Shown here: positions 9,264-18,357 of the stretch, piece by piece
How positions within the stretch are numbered: the stretch's first letter is position 1
Layout: each line of letters opens with the position of its first letter
DNA from: a phage
Assembly: GCA_024614665.1 (NCBI GenBank)
Contig: GCA_024614665.1_4861.1
Reading direction: 5' to 3' (one strand)
Length of the DNA: 64,000 bases
The notes under the pieces: generated by a model
Database searches by the model: none
What the model saw: the letters and a program-made list of their open reading frames with translations, nothing else
What the model was told of the DNA's origin: nothing
Program-made: the position numbers and the translations under genes

Positions 9264-9982
9264 AGCAGTGCTCCTTTCATGATGGTGTTATTTGCCAGTA
9301 ATGTACCGGCCGCAGGTGATATTTTGGTGTACAGCGTATCCCAGATTTTCTGAAGTTCAGCGACGCGTTGGTCGTGGTCTTCCTTCGCAAAAGCAAGCTG
9401 ACGTGTTTCAGCTTTCGGTGGCGTCATTTTCGCACCGTAGAATGCTGCGTCTTTTCGGTAACTGGCCATCCAGCGTTTCCCGACCGGTGATTTCTTTTTA
9501 ATCATCGCAACAGCAGCACTCTCACCGAAGCGGTAGCCTAATGCGATTTCGGCTGTGCTCGGCTTGCGTTTGAGTTGTTTCGTCAGATGATCCTCGATGT
9601 GTTTCATGTAAACAGCAGCAAGCTGTACAGCATATTTCGGTTTATTAAGGTCTGCGTTCTTTGGGATGTTAAGTTGTTTCCCATACAGACGTATCATGGA
9701 GCGTTTAGTGCCTGTCGTCATTTGGACAACACTACTAGCACTGCTCGATTTATTCTTACCCACGTTTTTATTAAAACGGGATTCACGGTAAATAGTGGTC
9801 GCAAGCATCCCGGCGTGTACACCTTGCTTTTGAGATGCGGAGACGATGAGAGGTTTAATCTCATTGAACTGGTCCTGGATAAGGACAAATTCTTTTTGAT
9901 GTTTGTTACTGGTGGACTGGTAAGAAGCGTTGCTGTTGAATGTGGTCACTGCTACCAGAAGAAATAAAATGGTGCGAAACAT
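9260..9982 (-). CDS. secreted lytic transglycosylase (SLT-domain) protein
   Basis: signal peptide MFRTILFLLVAVTTFNSNASYQ; SLT-like YRESRFN...SSSASSVVQM...AVYM; ATG at 9982 with GGAGA RBS (ORF track extends to 10021). Confidence 0.6.
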   Translation of the reverse strand: MFRTILFLLVAVTTFNSNASYQSTSNKHQKEFVLIQDQFNEIKPLIVSASQKQGVHAGMLATTIYRESRFNKNVGKNKSSSASSVVQMTTGTKRSMIRLYGKQLNIPKNADLNKPKYAVQLAAVYMKHIEDHLTKQLKRKPSTAEIALGYRFGESAAVAMIKKKSPVGKRWMASYRKDAAFYGAKMTPPKAETRQLAFAKEDHDQRVAELQKIWDTLYTKISPAAGTLLANNTIMKGALL

Positions 9983-10080
9983 GGATGTTCTCCAAATGGA
10001 TTTATACTTTTCCGTTCCCAATCCGGGAAGACGGCGCGGACGGCATTGTGCTCCTTTGTAATGTGCCCTGATAATAATAT

Positions 10081-10581
10081 CTATTTGAAACTTTTTGGGA
10101 TGATTTTCTCTGCTTCCCTCAGCAGGGTGTCTGGTAAATAGAATCGATAAGTCTGCTCCGTGTGCTGTAGTCGTTTCTGTAAGTGTATAAAGATTTCCAA
10201 TCGCTCATGGTAACGTAACCAACCGTTAGCCATCCCTAGGGGCGGTATCGCAATCCCTCCTTCTAAGTCTTCCCCTAGTCGCGCCAGCGCATCAATGCCG
10301 GACGTGACATAGTAAATCTGCGATTTATAGCGAAAATGGGTTTTAGTAGGAAGGAGTATTACCCCTTCCTCAGGATAACAATAGACCTCACCGATAACGA
10401 TTTGCTCTTTACGACATTTCTGGCGATAGTCGTTATAAAGCGATGGGAAGCGTTCTCGGCACGCCAAGGCAATGCCCCTTCCCATCGCACCAACACAGTT
10501 AACTGTAACGACCTTGAAGCGCTCAGGCGCGTTAAACAGGTCGTGGGAGATAATAGCCTCGTCGATCAGTTCGAGTGACAT
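10081..10581 (-). CDS. macro domain protein, DarG-like (ADP-ribose processing)
   Basis: VVTVNCVGAMGRGIALACRERFP and IAIPPLGMANGWL match macro-domain phosphate-binding and catalytic loops as I recall them from DarG-type antitoxins. Confidence 0.7.
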   Translation of the reverse strand: MSLELIDEAIISHDLFNAPERFKVVTVNCVGAMGRGIALACRERFPSLYNDYRQKCRKEQIVIGEVYCYPEEGVILLPTKTHFRYKSQIYYVTSGIDALARLGEDLEGGIAIPPLGMANGWLRYHERLEIFIHLQKRLQHTEQTYRFYLPDTLLREAEKIIPKSFK

Positions 10582-10780
10582 CTATTGCCATACCCCATTG
10601 TGAAATAACCGGAGACTGAAGCAGCGATTCCAGCTCAGTAAGAACTCTGGCTTTTGCTTCTTCGCGCAACTTACGGACTTCCGGATCAGGTTTGCCTGCG
10701 CCCAAATATTGGGGTTCTGTCTGCGGGGTAGGGAAACCACAGAAAGAACTAACCATTATTCCGATGATTGTTTTTTGCAT
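10532..10780 (-). CDS. small hypothetical protein (82 aa)
   Basis: ATG immediately after TAA of upstream gene with AAGGAA RBS; 3' end overlaps macro-domain gene by 50 nt. Confidence 0.4.
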   Translation of the reverse strand: MQKTIIGIMVSSFCGFPTPQTEPQYLGAGKPDPEVRKLREEAKARVLTELESLLQSPVISQWGMAIDVTRTDRRGYYLPRPV

Positions 10781-11203
10781 TTAGCTATTCCTTTTCGCCC
10801 AGGCATGTACCGCTGACTCGAAACCTTCGTGTTCGATACCGAGCCGTTTCATTGCCAACATAGTGTTGAGGCTATTCGTAATTTCTTCACGGTAGCGATG
10901 GTCATCCATCTTACGCCAACACTTCTCCGGGTCAACGCCTAAACGCTGGAGTAGATACGCCTCACGCACCATACCAGGCCGCCAGAATTTAGGGCGGGTA
11001 ATCGCGATTTCAATCATGGGCGTCATGTCCAACGTGTGGGCGAGAATACTAACCGGCGTTTCCCCAACTTTATCACGTAGCGCTAAACGTAACCACCACT
11101 GAACATTTGCTTTGGTTTCAGGTAACAGGTCGTAGAATAAGGCTGTTTCTTCTTCTGATAAATGATCGTATAGTGATTTTGTTTCGCGAATAGCGGTAAC
11201 CAT
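10781..11203 (-). CDS. hypothetical protein (140 aa)
   Basis: ORF track; AAGGAG RBS. Confidence 0.55.
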   Translation of the reverse strand: MVTAIRETKSLYDHLSEEETALFYDLLPETKANVQWWLRLALRDKVGETPVSILAHTLDMTPMIEIAITRPKFWRPGMVREAYLLQRLGVDPEKCWRKMDDHRYREEITNSLNTMLAMKRLGIEHEGFESAVHAWAKRNS

Positions 11204-11214
11204 TTTAATGCTCC

Positions 11215-11478
11215 TTAGGGTAAAGTTGCCTCCCAGTCGTAACGGTGAGGCTCAGGCAGCGTACCAAGCGCTGCTTTAATACACGTACTCAGCGGAGTAT
11301 CATCGAACGCAACACGCCCGATAGTACCCACGTTGATGTGTTTTGGATTTACGGGTAAGAACTCCTTCACCCGCTCGTACTCAGCCCAACAGATATCGGT
11401 GTTTAAAGCTGAAAACCCAGGACGGTGAAACATAAATAGCACTCCTCGCGTAAAAATACCCCACTCATAGTGAGGCAT
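11215..11478 (-). CDS. hypothetical protein (87 aa)
   Basis: ORF track; ATG start. Confidence 0.45.
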   Translation of the reverse strand: MPHYEWGIFTRGVLFMFHRPGFSALNTDICWAEYERVKEFLPVNPKHINVGTIGRVAFDDTPLSTCIKAALGTLPEPHRYDWEATLP

Positions 11479-11503
11479 AATCGTAAGGAGTGCTAAAACA
11501 GGA

Positions 11504-11992
11504 CTATGCTACCGCAGTCCTTAAAGGTTCATCTGCTTCCGCAGGAACCTGCTTCGTAAATTCAAGCCATTGTCCGTCTGTAGAGACGGTCTTGCCAAAG
11601 CCGCGAGCGGTAAAGAACGCAATACCAGCTTCCTGGCAAGCGTATATTCCCCCATGCGCACTGGTGAACCGTTCATTCACATCAAGCGCATCAAAAATCT
11701 GCGTCATCGTTTTGCGACGGCGTGCCATTTCGGACACGAACATCGTACGAATCTTCAGAACCCCGGCGATTACGCGATAGAGACAGTAACCAATAGGGGT
11801 GCCCCCTTCCAGAGCAACGCAAGCACGGTTCCCCGCCAACAGTTTCTCCAGAGTGAGGTTCGGAATCTCACCTTTTTCGATATGGAGTATGGTACGTTGG
11901 TGGTTCAGAAATTTATAATGCAGCCCCAACAGCTGTTTATTTTGTGCTTCCGTTAAATCTGAGGATGAGGTAAGAATGACAATTTCGGCCAT
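11504..11992 (-). CDS. hypothetical protein (about 162 aa), weak acetyltransferase-like resemblance
   Basis: ORF track 11504..12025 begins with TTG; ATG (MAEIVIL...) at 11992. Confidence 0.5.
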   Translation of the reverse strand: MAEIVILTSSSDLTEAQNKQLLGLHYKFLNHQRTILHIEKGEIPNLTLEKLLAGNRACVALEGGTPIGYCLYRVIAGVLKIRTMFVSEMARRRKTMTQIFDALDVNERFTSAHGGIYACQEAGIAFFTARGFGKTVSTDGQWLEFTKQVPAEADEPLRTAVA

Positions 11993-12645
11993 GAGCTGAA
12001 TTCCTAAGTGAGCTTTCACCTGCAATGAAAGCGTGTGACGAAGAATTGCGTTTGTGTTTTCTTAAGTTTACCGGTAAAGCTTAGCGGTGTATACCGCCAC
12101 AGATGAAGACCAGTTCTCTATCGGAACTATGTCTTTAATCAGCAACGACGTTTTCAACGTCGTGATGCTGAGGTAACCTTCCGTCGCCACATTCGCTCAT
12201 GGCGCTTCTGATTACCACGCCAGTCTTCCCCGACTGTACGTGAAACTGCAAAATCATCCGGCCCGCAGACTTCCGCGATGTCTGCTAAAAGGTTCTTTGA
12301 AGACCCTATAGCCATCCCCACGCTAGAAAGAACGATACGCCGGGTTGGCTCGGCCGCCCCTAAACCCACGACCACGGGATCAGAGACTGTTTCACTGCTA
12401 CATGTTGTTTCTCCCACTTCGTAATTACCCTCCTGTTAAAACCAACCTTGCGTCAATGCAAGGATTGCGCCTAGGGCGTATGCGCCTGCTCCTAGTATCA
12501 GGCTACAGACGATACACCCAATCCATTTCACTAAAATAGCCACGTTACTACAAACGCTCCGATTGCGCAAACGATAAACGTGATACCAACATCTGTCCAG
12601 GTGGCACCGTCATACGCACCCGTTGCAATCATCGCCGCGTTGACA

Positions 12646-12849
12646 CTATTCACGACTGTCATAAGCCGGGTCCCTTAAACGTGGGGGCTTGCTCCACAGA
12701 TTACCGAAGTAAACCCCTTCTAAGAACACCAAAACAACTAATCCCCAAAAGGCAGGCGTGGCACGAGACAAGAAAATACCCAGCAGCACCGCAGTGTGCA
12801 TTACCACAACTGCCCAAAACTTTAAACGTCGCGGTTTACGTGTTGCCAT
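12646..12849 (-). CDS. small membrane protein
   Basis: MATRKPRRLKFWAVVVMHTAVLLGIFL...; part of a chain of overlapping small hydrophobic ORFs. Confidence 0.3.
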   Translation of the reverse strand: MATRKPRRLKFWAVVVMHTAVLLGIFLSRATPAFWGLVVLVFLEGVYFGNLWSKPPRLRDPAYDSRE

Positions 12850-12936
12850 GGAATGCCCATCCTTTCGTGCGGATAATCCAATCCCAGGCACCACGAATTA
12901 ACCACAGCGCAATACCGGTTAGTACAATACCTTCGA

Positions 12937-13128
12937 TCATGACCGTTCCCCTACATCTCGCCACTCACAACGTGTGTCGAACAGACGTTCTTTAAGAGCA
13001 GCAGCTAAATAAACAACCGCAGCGATAACCACTACGGTTGCACAAAAGGAGAGGTACAGTACCATCACAACAAACTGAAGGAACTGAAAACCCCACCAAG
13101 CCCATAAGCGCCAACCTTTATGATGCAT
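12937..13128 (-). CDS. small membrane protein (63 aa)
   Basis: ATG with GAAGGGG upstream; WRLWAWWGFQFLQFVVMVLYLSFCATVVVIAAVVYLAAAL; overlaps the end of the Rad50-like gene by 11 nt. Confidence 0.35.
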   Translation of the reverse strand: MHHKGWRLWAWWGFQFLQFVVMVLYLSFCATVVVIAAVVYLAAALKERLFDTRCEWRDVGERS

Positions 13129-15628
13129 ATTTGATTATTACCCCTTCGTTATAAACCGGTGGAAGCGTTACACCTTCTGGCTCGACGACACAGTAGGTGG
13201 CTTCGTTAAGTTTAGAATGAACTTCCGCTTCATGCGAAACGACCAGTAATTGAGAAAACTCTCCCGACAACGCCAACGATTTAATGAAGTTAACTAATCG
13301 GTTTTTGTGTTCTTCATCCATGCCTTCAGATGGTTCATCCAATAACAAAGGATAGTTTTGTAAACCAAGCGCTTTATACGCCGTTAAACGAAACATCATG
13401 TTAAAGATAATACGCTGTGCTTTTGAACCTTTCTTCACATCCGGTACCAGTTCTACATGGTCTTTTAATCGCACAGGGAACGTGTAGTCCAGATCCCCGT
13501 CGGTTAGATCGCACGGAATAACCTGCATCGGATATGCCCACACCATTTCGATATACCGATTCATTAAATCCATGATGCGGGTAATCGCAGCGTAGAAGTA
13601 ACGTCTCAGTAAACCTTTTTCAGGAGAAACCGCATTAATAATCAGTCTGGCATGGTGGTGTTCTTTGAGCAACTCAGCTTGCTCTTTTTCCAGTTCCGCT
13701 AAACGTGCAATAGCCCCTTCCATTTGACGAAACCGTTCACGAGCTGAAGTATACGCATCGAGCTTCGCTTCGCGGCGGTTTAACAACTCACGAACTACGA
13801 CGTTGTTAACGGAGATGTTCATTTCCGATACCAGATGTTCGTAGCCCTTTTGGAAACGTTCGATTGCTTCTTTGGTTTGTTGCAGTTGGGTGGTTTCGCG
13901 TTCCAGCTCATTGGCTTGTCTGCGGTATTCTATCAGTCGACGGTTAGCCCCGTCTAGTTGTGAACGGATATGTTCAATTTTCTGGCTCAGAGCACCATCA
14001 ACATTACCTACTGCGGCAACAGCCTCTTGCCATTCCCGTTCCGCTGTTGCAAGCTTCGCTGATTGACGCAGATACATCATGGCCGAATCTAACTCTTCGG
14101 TAAAGGCACGTGCAATGGCACCATATCGATCCCGCGCCGTGGTGAAGATATCCAGCTCCTGTAGTTTACGGAAAAACAAACCGACAACGGGATGATTGGA
14201 ATACGACATGACAATTTCGCGAATCGTACGTAGGCTACGGACGTCCTCTTCAATCTCTTTGCGGTCACGCAAAAGACTATCCATTTCGTCTTTCAGCTGT
14301 TTTTTCCAACCTTCATTATCGTTGATGGCCTTTTCAATTTCAGGTAACGACTTACGAATCCCAGGACGGAAACGGTGGTTACACTGTGGACAATCAACTT
14401 CTGCAGTTTCTAAGAAGTGTTGACGGTCGTGGTATAAACCGTGTAGCACATTCTCACAACGTTGCAACTTTTCAGATAGACCCGCAGAGGTTAAATCCAT
14501 ACCCTGTAAACGCTTCTCTAACGCTCCTAGGCGCTCTGTTGTCTTTAACTGGTCCAGATGCATGGACAACGGTAAATTCCAGTTACAGGCGTCGTTTAAC
14601 GCGTTCTGAATGCTATCCACGTCGATGCGGGTACCTTCAAACAGAGCCGGGAACATCCAGTTCTGTTGGAACGTTGCCAGTTCCTGTTTTAAGCTGTCGA
14701 TTGTTTGTTTTAGACCGGTATGGTTACGCATCAGATACGCTTGACGCGACTCCTCATCCAGTAGCTGTGACAACTCTTTATTGTACATGTTGCATTCAGT
14801 TTCAGCGGAGGCAGCTTGCTCACGCCAGGCAACCACACGACTTTGAAACTCGTTAATCAGTTCGTCAGAAGGCAGAACGCCATAACGTTCCATAATGAGT
14901 TTTACAGCCGGTTGCAACGAAGCAATGCGTTTCCGGATACTGTCAACCGAAACAGCGTTATCTAAACCGGGCCTTGCTTCAATTGTGCGGTTTAATTCTT
15001 GAAGCTCAGCATCGAGTTCTTTCAAACGAACTTCTAAACGTGCACGATCTTCTTCATCGTCAACGACGCGCATTTTTGCTTCGCCGATTTTTCGTCCGGT
15101 GTGTTCGATGGCCCCGCTTAAACTGGAAGCGAGTTTACGCAAACGTCGATAGCAGCCAACAACGTACGTCAGATCAGATTCTGACATTAACGTAAACCAT
15201 TTACGACGAACTTCGGTAGTGGCGTCAGTTAATAAGGTCTCACCATTAATTAACTCTTTGATTTCTTTGGTGATTCCGGTTAATTGCTCCACCATGGAGT
15301 TGTAAACTTTGGCGTTTACCGAGTCCACAATGGGGACGCCTTTGGTGATATTGAAAATACTACAAGACAAAGAAGACCCACGTCGCAGGACTTCAAACTT
15401 AAGACGGTCGTCCCCGACTAACGCGTAGTTAGTGTAAGAACCACCTTCACGGAATTCAGATTTTGCTGGAGCTAAGGGGAGAAAAACAGATAGGAGGCTT
15501 GTTTTACCGCAACCATTCCCACCAAGGATAATGGTAACGGTTGATTTAAGGGTGAAATCAAACGTTTCGATTTCATGTAACCCCATGCCGGTAAATCCTT
15601 TCAAAATGATACGTTCGACCTTGAGCAT
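13118..15628 (-). CDS. Rad50/SbcC-like ATPase with zinc hook
   Basis: Walker A GGNGCGKTS at N-terminus; long coiled-coil middle with CPQC hook; C-terminal LLLDEPSEGMD (Walker B/D-loop) and VVSHE (H-loop); GAAGG RBS. Confidence 0.8.
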   Translation of the reverse strand: MLKVERIILKGFTGMGLHEIETFDFTLKSTVTIILGGNGCGKTSLLSVFLPLAPAKSEFREGGSYTNYALVGDDRLKFEVLRRGSSLSCSIFNITKGVPIVDSVNAKVYNSMVEQLTGITKEIKELINGETLLTDATTEVRRKWFTLMSESDLTYVVGCYRRLRKLASSLSGAIEHTGRKIGEAKMRVVDDEEDRARLEVRLKELDAELQELNRTIEARPGLDNAVSVDSIRKRIASLQPAVKLIMERYGVLPSDELINEFQSRVVAWREQAASAETECNMYNKELSQLLDEESRQAYLMRNHTGLKQTIDSLKQELATFQQNWMFPALFEGTRIDVDSIQNALNDACNWNLPLSMHLDQLKTTERLGALEKRLQGMDLTSAGLSEKLQRCENVLHGLYHDRQHFLETAEVDCPQCNHRFRPGIRKSLPEIEKAINDNEGWKKQLKDEMDSLLRDRKEIEEDVRSLRTIREIVMSYSNHPVVGLFFRKLQELDIFTTARDRYGAIARAFTEELDSAMMYLRQSAKLATAEREWQEAVAAVGNVDGALSQKIEHIRSQLDGANRRLIEYRRQANELERETTQLQQTKEAIERFQKGYEHLVSEMNISVNNVVVRELLNRREAKLDAYTSARERFRQMEGAIARLAELEKEQAELLKEHHHARLIINAVSPEKGLLRRYFYAAITRIMDLMNRYIEMVWAYPMQVIPCDLTDGDLDYTFPVRLKDHVELVPDVKKGSKAQRIIFNMMFRLTAYKALGLQNYPLLLDEPSEGMDEEHKNRLVNFIKSLALSGEFSQLLVVSHEAEVHSKLNEATYCVVEPEGVTLPPVYNEGVIIKYAS

Positions 15629-15679
15629 GTTTGCCTTCTAATGAGAAAGTATTAGTCGTTCATATCCAAAAGGTCATGC

Positions 15680-15713
15680 GTAAAAAAGAAGAAATGGAAC
15701 CCCGAAGGGTTCC
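15680..15713 (-). terminator. intrinsic terminator
   Basis: hairpin GGAACCC-CGAA-GGGTTCC with T-run on the minus strand after 15725..16351. Confidence 0.6.
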
Positions 15714-15724
15714 AGAGAGGAGAG

Positions 15725-16351
15725 TTATTGCGGAATAAACTTACGGTGTCCGAGTGATTCCCAAAAACTATCGGTGCGCTCTTTGGTTAATTCATACCAC
15801 GCACGCCCGGCATCAGAATCGACAACCTTTAACGTTTCAGTAAGCAGGAATTTGAACAGTTCAGCGCTACGACCGGGTGCTACACCGTCGAGATATATCG
15901 GAATTAAATAACCGGTTTTGATTTCTTCGTACGGTTGCGATTGGTGCTGACCAACAACCCAGGCGTCAGCCGCGCTACCGACCAAAGTGGTGTTTACAGT
16001 TAACTCATCAGAAATCCAGTTAACGGTATCAGCCATTATTGAATCGCCATTGACGTAGAAGAAAACTAAACGTTTAGGTTGCTCCACCGAACCGGCCAAA
16101 TCTAATGCAGTAGTTCCGGTGAAGATCGTATTATTGGGATTACGTTCTGCAATAGGTAGAGCAAACCACGCTTCGAGCTGTTCCCAGCTACGCGGCAGTG
16201 CTTCTTTAAACCACTTCACCAATCGCGGGTATTCCAGAAACCCTTCTACCTCTTCTTCCATCAGATTGATACGCAGTTTGGTATCCTGACGATTCGCTTT
16301 CTGACATGTCACCATGTCATCGATGAAACGAATCAGGGTAATTTCGTTCAT
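15725..16351 (-). CDS. hypothetical protein (208 aa)
   Basis: ORF track; followed by hairpin terminator. Confidence 0.6.
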   Translation of the reverse strand: MNEITLIRFIDDMVTCQKANRQDTKLRINLMEEEVEGFLEYPRLVKWFKEALPRSWEQLEAWFALPIAERNPNNTIFTGTTALDLAGSVEQPKRLVFFYVNGDSIMADTVNWISDELTVNTTLVGSAADAWVVGQHQSQPYEEIKTGYLIPIYLDGVAPGRSAELFKFLLTETLKVVDSDAGRAWYELTKERTDSFWESLGHRKFIPQ

Positions 16352-16365
16352 GTTTAATCCTTCTT

Positions 16366-16397
16366 CAACAAAAAAAGAAGGTAGCCCGTAGGCTACC
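16366..16397 (-). terminator. intrinsic terminator
   Basis: hairpin GGTAGCC-CGTA-GGCTACC with T-run on the minus strand after 16406..16906. Confidence 0.6.
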
Positions 16398-16405
16398 TCT
16401 CGTAT

Positions 16406-16906
16406 TTACAGCCCCATATGCATAAGGGAAATGATAGGGACTTTTCGGCCACGTATCATTGCATACGGTTCGTACATTTGTGCGTTAGTTTCGAATAACT
16501 CACAGGCCGGAATACGATCGCCGGTAGAGAGTTGTAAGACTTCGATTTGGTCGCCCCAGAAGTTATTCACTAATACGTGGTCGACAGTGTTGTCTTCACG
16601 ACCTTCAGGGGTTTTGCAATAAGTGGCGGCATCGTACCAACCTTTGCGGTATACTTCATAACCCGCGTGAAGCATCCGGTAGTACGGACGCAGTTGTGGG
16701 GCATTCAACGCAGCATCTAGCCACTCGCTGTGAATGCTGTTAATCAACACGGTCGCTTCTTCTGGCCACTCGCTGCGGTTTAGGGTTAACTCGCCTAACA
16801 GCTTTAACTTCCAGCCAGTGGAAAGAATAGCGCGGGTACGTTCTGGATTGACGTTCATCTGAGTAAAGAAAGTAGAACGAGTATCGTCAAGAATGTTCAT
16901 GTTCAT
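16406..16906 (-). CDS. hypothetical protein (about 166 aa)
   Basis: ORF track 16406..16972; start moved to ATG (MNMNIL...) with AAGGA RBS because upstream codons lie inside a terminator hairpin. Confidence 0.5.
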   Translation of the reverse strand: MNMNILDDTRSTFFTQMNVNPERTRAILSTGWKLKLLGELTLNRSEWPEEATVLINSIHSEWLDAALNAPQLRPYYRMLHAGYEVYRKGWYDAATYCKTPEGREDNTVDHVLVNNFWGDQIEVLQLSTGDRIPACELFETNAQMYEPYAMIRGRKVPIISLMHMGL

Positions 16907-16924
16907 TTGCTTAGTCCTTACGAG

Positions 16925-16977
16925 TAATAGTCGATTAAAAAGGACCCTGCGGCTATGTGTTGGGGATATCACCGCAG
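16925..16977 (-). terminator. intrinsic terminator
   Basis: stem CCCTGCGG / CCGCAGGG with long loop, then T-run on the minus strand, after 17036..17419. Confidence 0.45.
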
Positions 16978-17035
16978 GGCCAAAGTGAGATGGGTCGTCA
17001 TCTCACGTTATAACATCTGTCTGAAAACTTTTCGG

Positions 17036-17419
17036 TTACTGGTCGAGCGCTACTGAACCACGCACCACTCCTTGCTGTTCAATAACCAGGAGGCGTTGTT
17101 TGGTTTTCGTATTGTAAGCGAGCGACGCGCGAAGCGTCGGGTCGCACGTTATTGTCTCTACTGGCACAATCTCTTGTGCCTTTGAGTTCAACAAAAAGTA
17201 GTAACCTGCCGGACAAGTTTCCTCGCCCTTTGCGTGGACCAGGATGTACTCGTCGTGCCGGCTGACTTCTTCACATCTACCATCATCCCCAGTACAGACT
17301 TCGAACGAAGGCGGGTTGTACTGATACGGTGTGCCTGGTAGTAAATCTTCTACGCTAGTTGTAGCTGAAGCAGAAGCGGTAAAGAACACCGCCACGATAA
17401 TACCCATAAATCCACGCAT
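17036..17419 (-). CDS. small secreted protein (signal peptide, 4 Cys)
   Basis: MRGFMGIIVAVFFTASASA / TT cleavage-like site; ORF track. Confidence 0.6.
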   Translation of the reverse strand: MRGFMGIIVAVFFTASASATTSVEDLLPGTPYQYNPPSFEVCTGDDGRCEEVSRHDEYILVHAKGEETCPAGYYFLLNSKAQEIVPVETITCDPTLRASLAYNTKTKQRLLVIEQQGVVRGSVALDQ

Positions 17420-17432
17420 GTTGTTTCCTTAC

Positions 17433-17843
17433 TTAAAAGTCGAGTTTATTGATGCCTACGTTTTTCTTAATCGTAGGGTCATACATGATAACCGTCAGGG
17501 CATTATCACCTGGGTCGCGAGTAAACTCAGCAACGGCTTCACCACTGCAGGCCTGGTTATCATTATAGTTCATGGTTTCGGCTTGCCCGGTTGCCATGTT
17601 AATAACCCCGTATTCCGGGTCGCCACATGCGACGCCGCCCATCGTTTTCACTAACAGGTAACGGTTGTTATCGGACATCGCAACGATCTGGCAGCTACCG
17701 CCTTGTACGTCAGAGTTCTGGCACCAGAACTGGCCGCCGTATTCGTGATCGTTAACAACTTTTGGTAACTCGATACTTCCAGCACGAGCGAAGAAGCTAA
17801 TGGCCAGAGTAGCAAGTAAAACTGGTAATAAAAAATGTTTCAT
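17433..17843 (-). CDS. small secreted protein (signal peptide, Cys-containing)
   Basis: MKHFLLPVLLATLAISFFARA / GS; ORF track. Confidence 0.6.
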   Translation of the reverse strand: MKHFLLPVLLATLAISFFARAGSIELPKVVNDHEYGGQFWCQNSDVQGGSCQIVAMSDNNRYLLVKTMGGVACGDPEYGVINMATGQAETMNYNDNQACSGEAVAEFTRDPGDNALTVIMYDPTIKKNVGINKLDF

Positions 17844-17865
17844 AATAGCACCTCAATTTTTTGAG

Positions 17866-18357
17866 TTATTCTGAATAGTCGATTGTTTTGATAGTTTCCA
17901 TACCGTAGTACATAGCGATGGAGGCCAGAGTTTTGGTATCCGGTCGCTGTACAAAACCGGCCCTGAAATCTTTGCTGCAAATTTTCTCCACTGATAGTTC
18001 ATCACGATTAGGGATAAGCCATAACGCGTCACCGTTGTGACGGTCGACTGCACCCCACCAACCACCTGGGCAATCTTTATCGCCCGGACGGTGTACGATA
18101 GCGACACGTCCGTTGAAGGATATGTCAACTACACGACACTGTTTCTTAAGCAGCTTACGCGCATTGCACCAGAACGGCTTATCATTAAGATTGATGGTGC
18201 GGGTATATGCTGGAATGCTGCCGTTAATACTGCCCTGGAACCCGCTGAATTCGTCAGCGCGTGCCTTAGAAATCCGTAGCCCAACAACAAGTGCCATCAA
18301 CAGCACAGTAAAAAGCACCACTTTGGCCAAGTGGCGATTAACGTTATTGCATTTCAT
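17866..18357 (-). CDS. small exported or membrane-anchored protein
   Basis: ORF track 17866..18402; start moved to MKCNNVNRHLAKVVLFTVLLMALVVGL with GGAG RBS; overlaps upstream gene stop by 14 nt. Confidence 0.5.
   Translation of the reverse strand: MKCNNVNRHLAKVVLFTVLLMALVVGLRISKARADEFSGFQGSINGSIPAYTRTINLNDKPFWCNARKLLKKQCRVVDISFNGRVAIVHRPGDKDCPGGWWGAVDRHNGDALWLIPNRDELSVEKICSKDFRAGFVQRPDTKTLASIAMYYGMETIKTIDYSE

Noticed and set aside
11490-11956. Plus-strand ORFs 11490..11780 and 11570..11956
   Set aside because: Antisense to the better-supported minus-strand gene 11504..11992; the GTG start abuts the putative RBS with no spacer
13118-16351. 15725..16351 as the Mre11/SbcD partner of the Rad50-like protein
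   Set aside because: No phosphoesterase motifs (D-x-H, GDxxDR, GNHD/E) in the 208-aa sequence
17853-18128. 91-aa minus-strand ORF
   Set aside because: Alternative frame inside 17866..18357, which has the signal peptide and RBS
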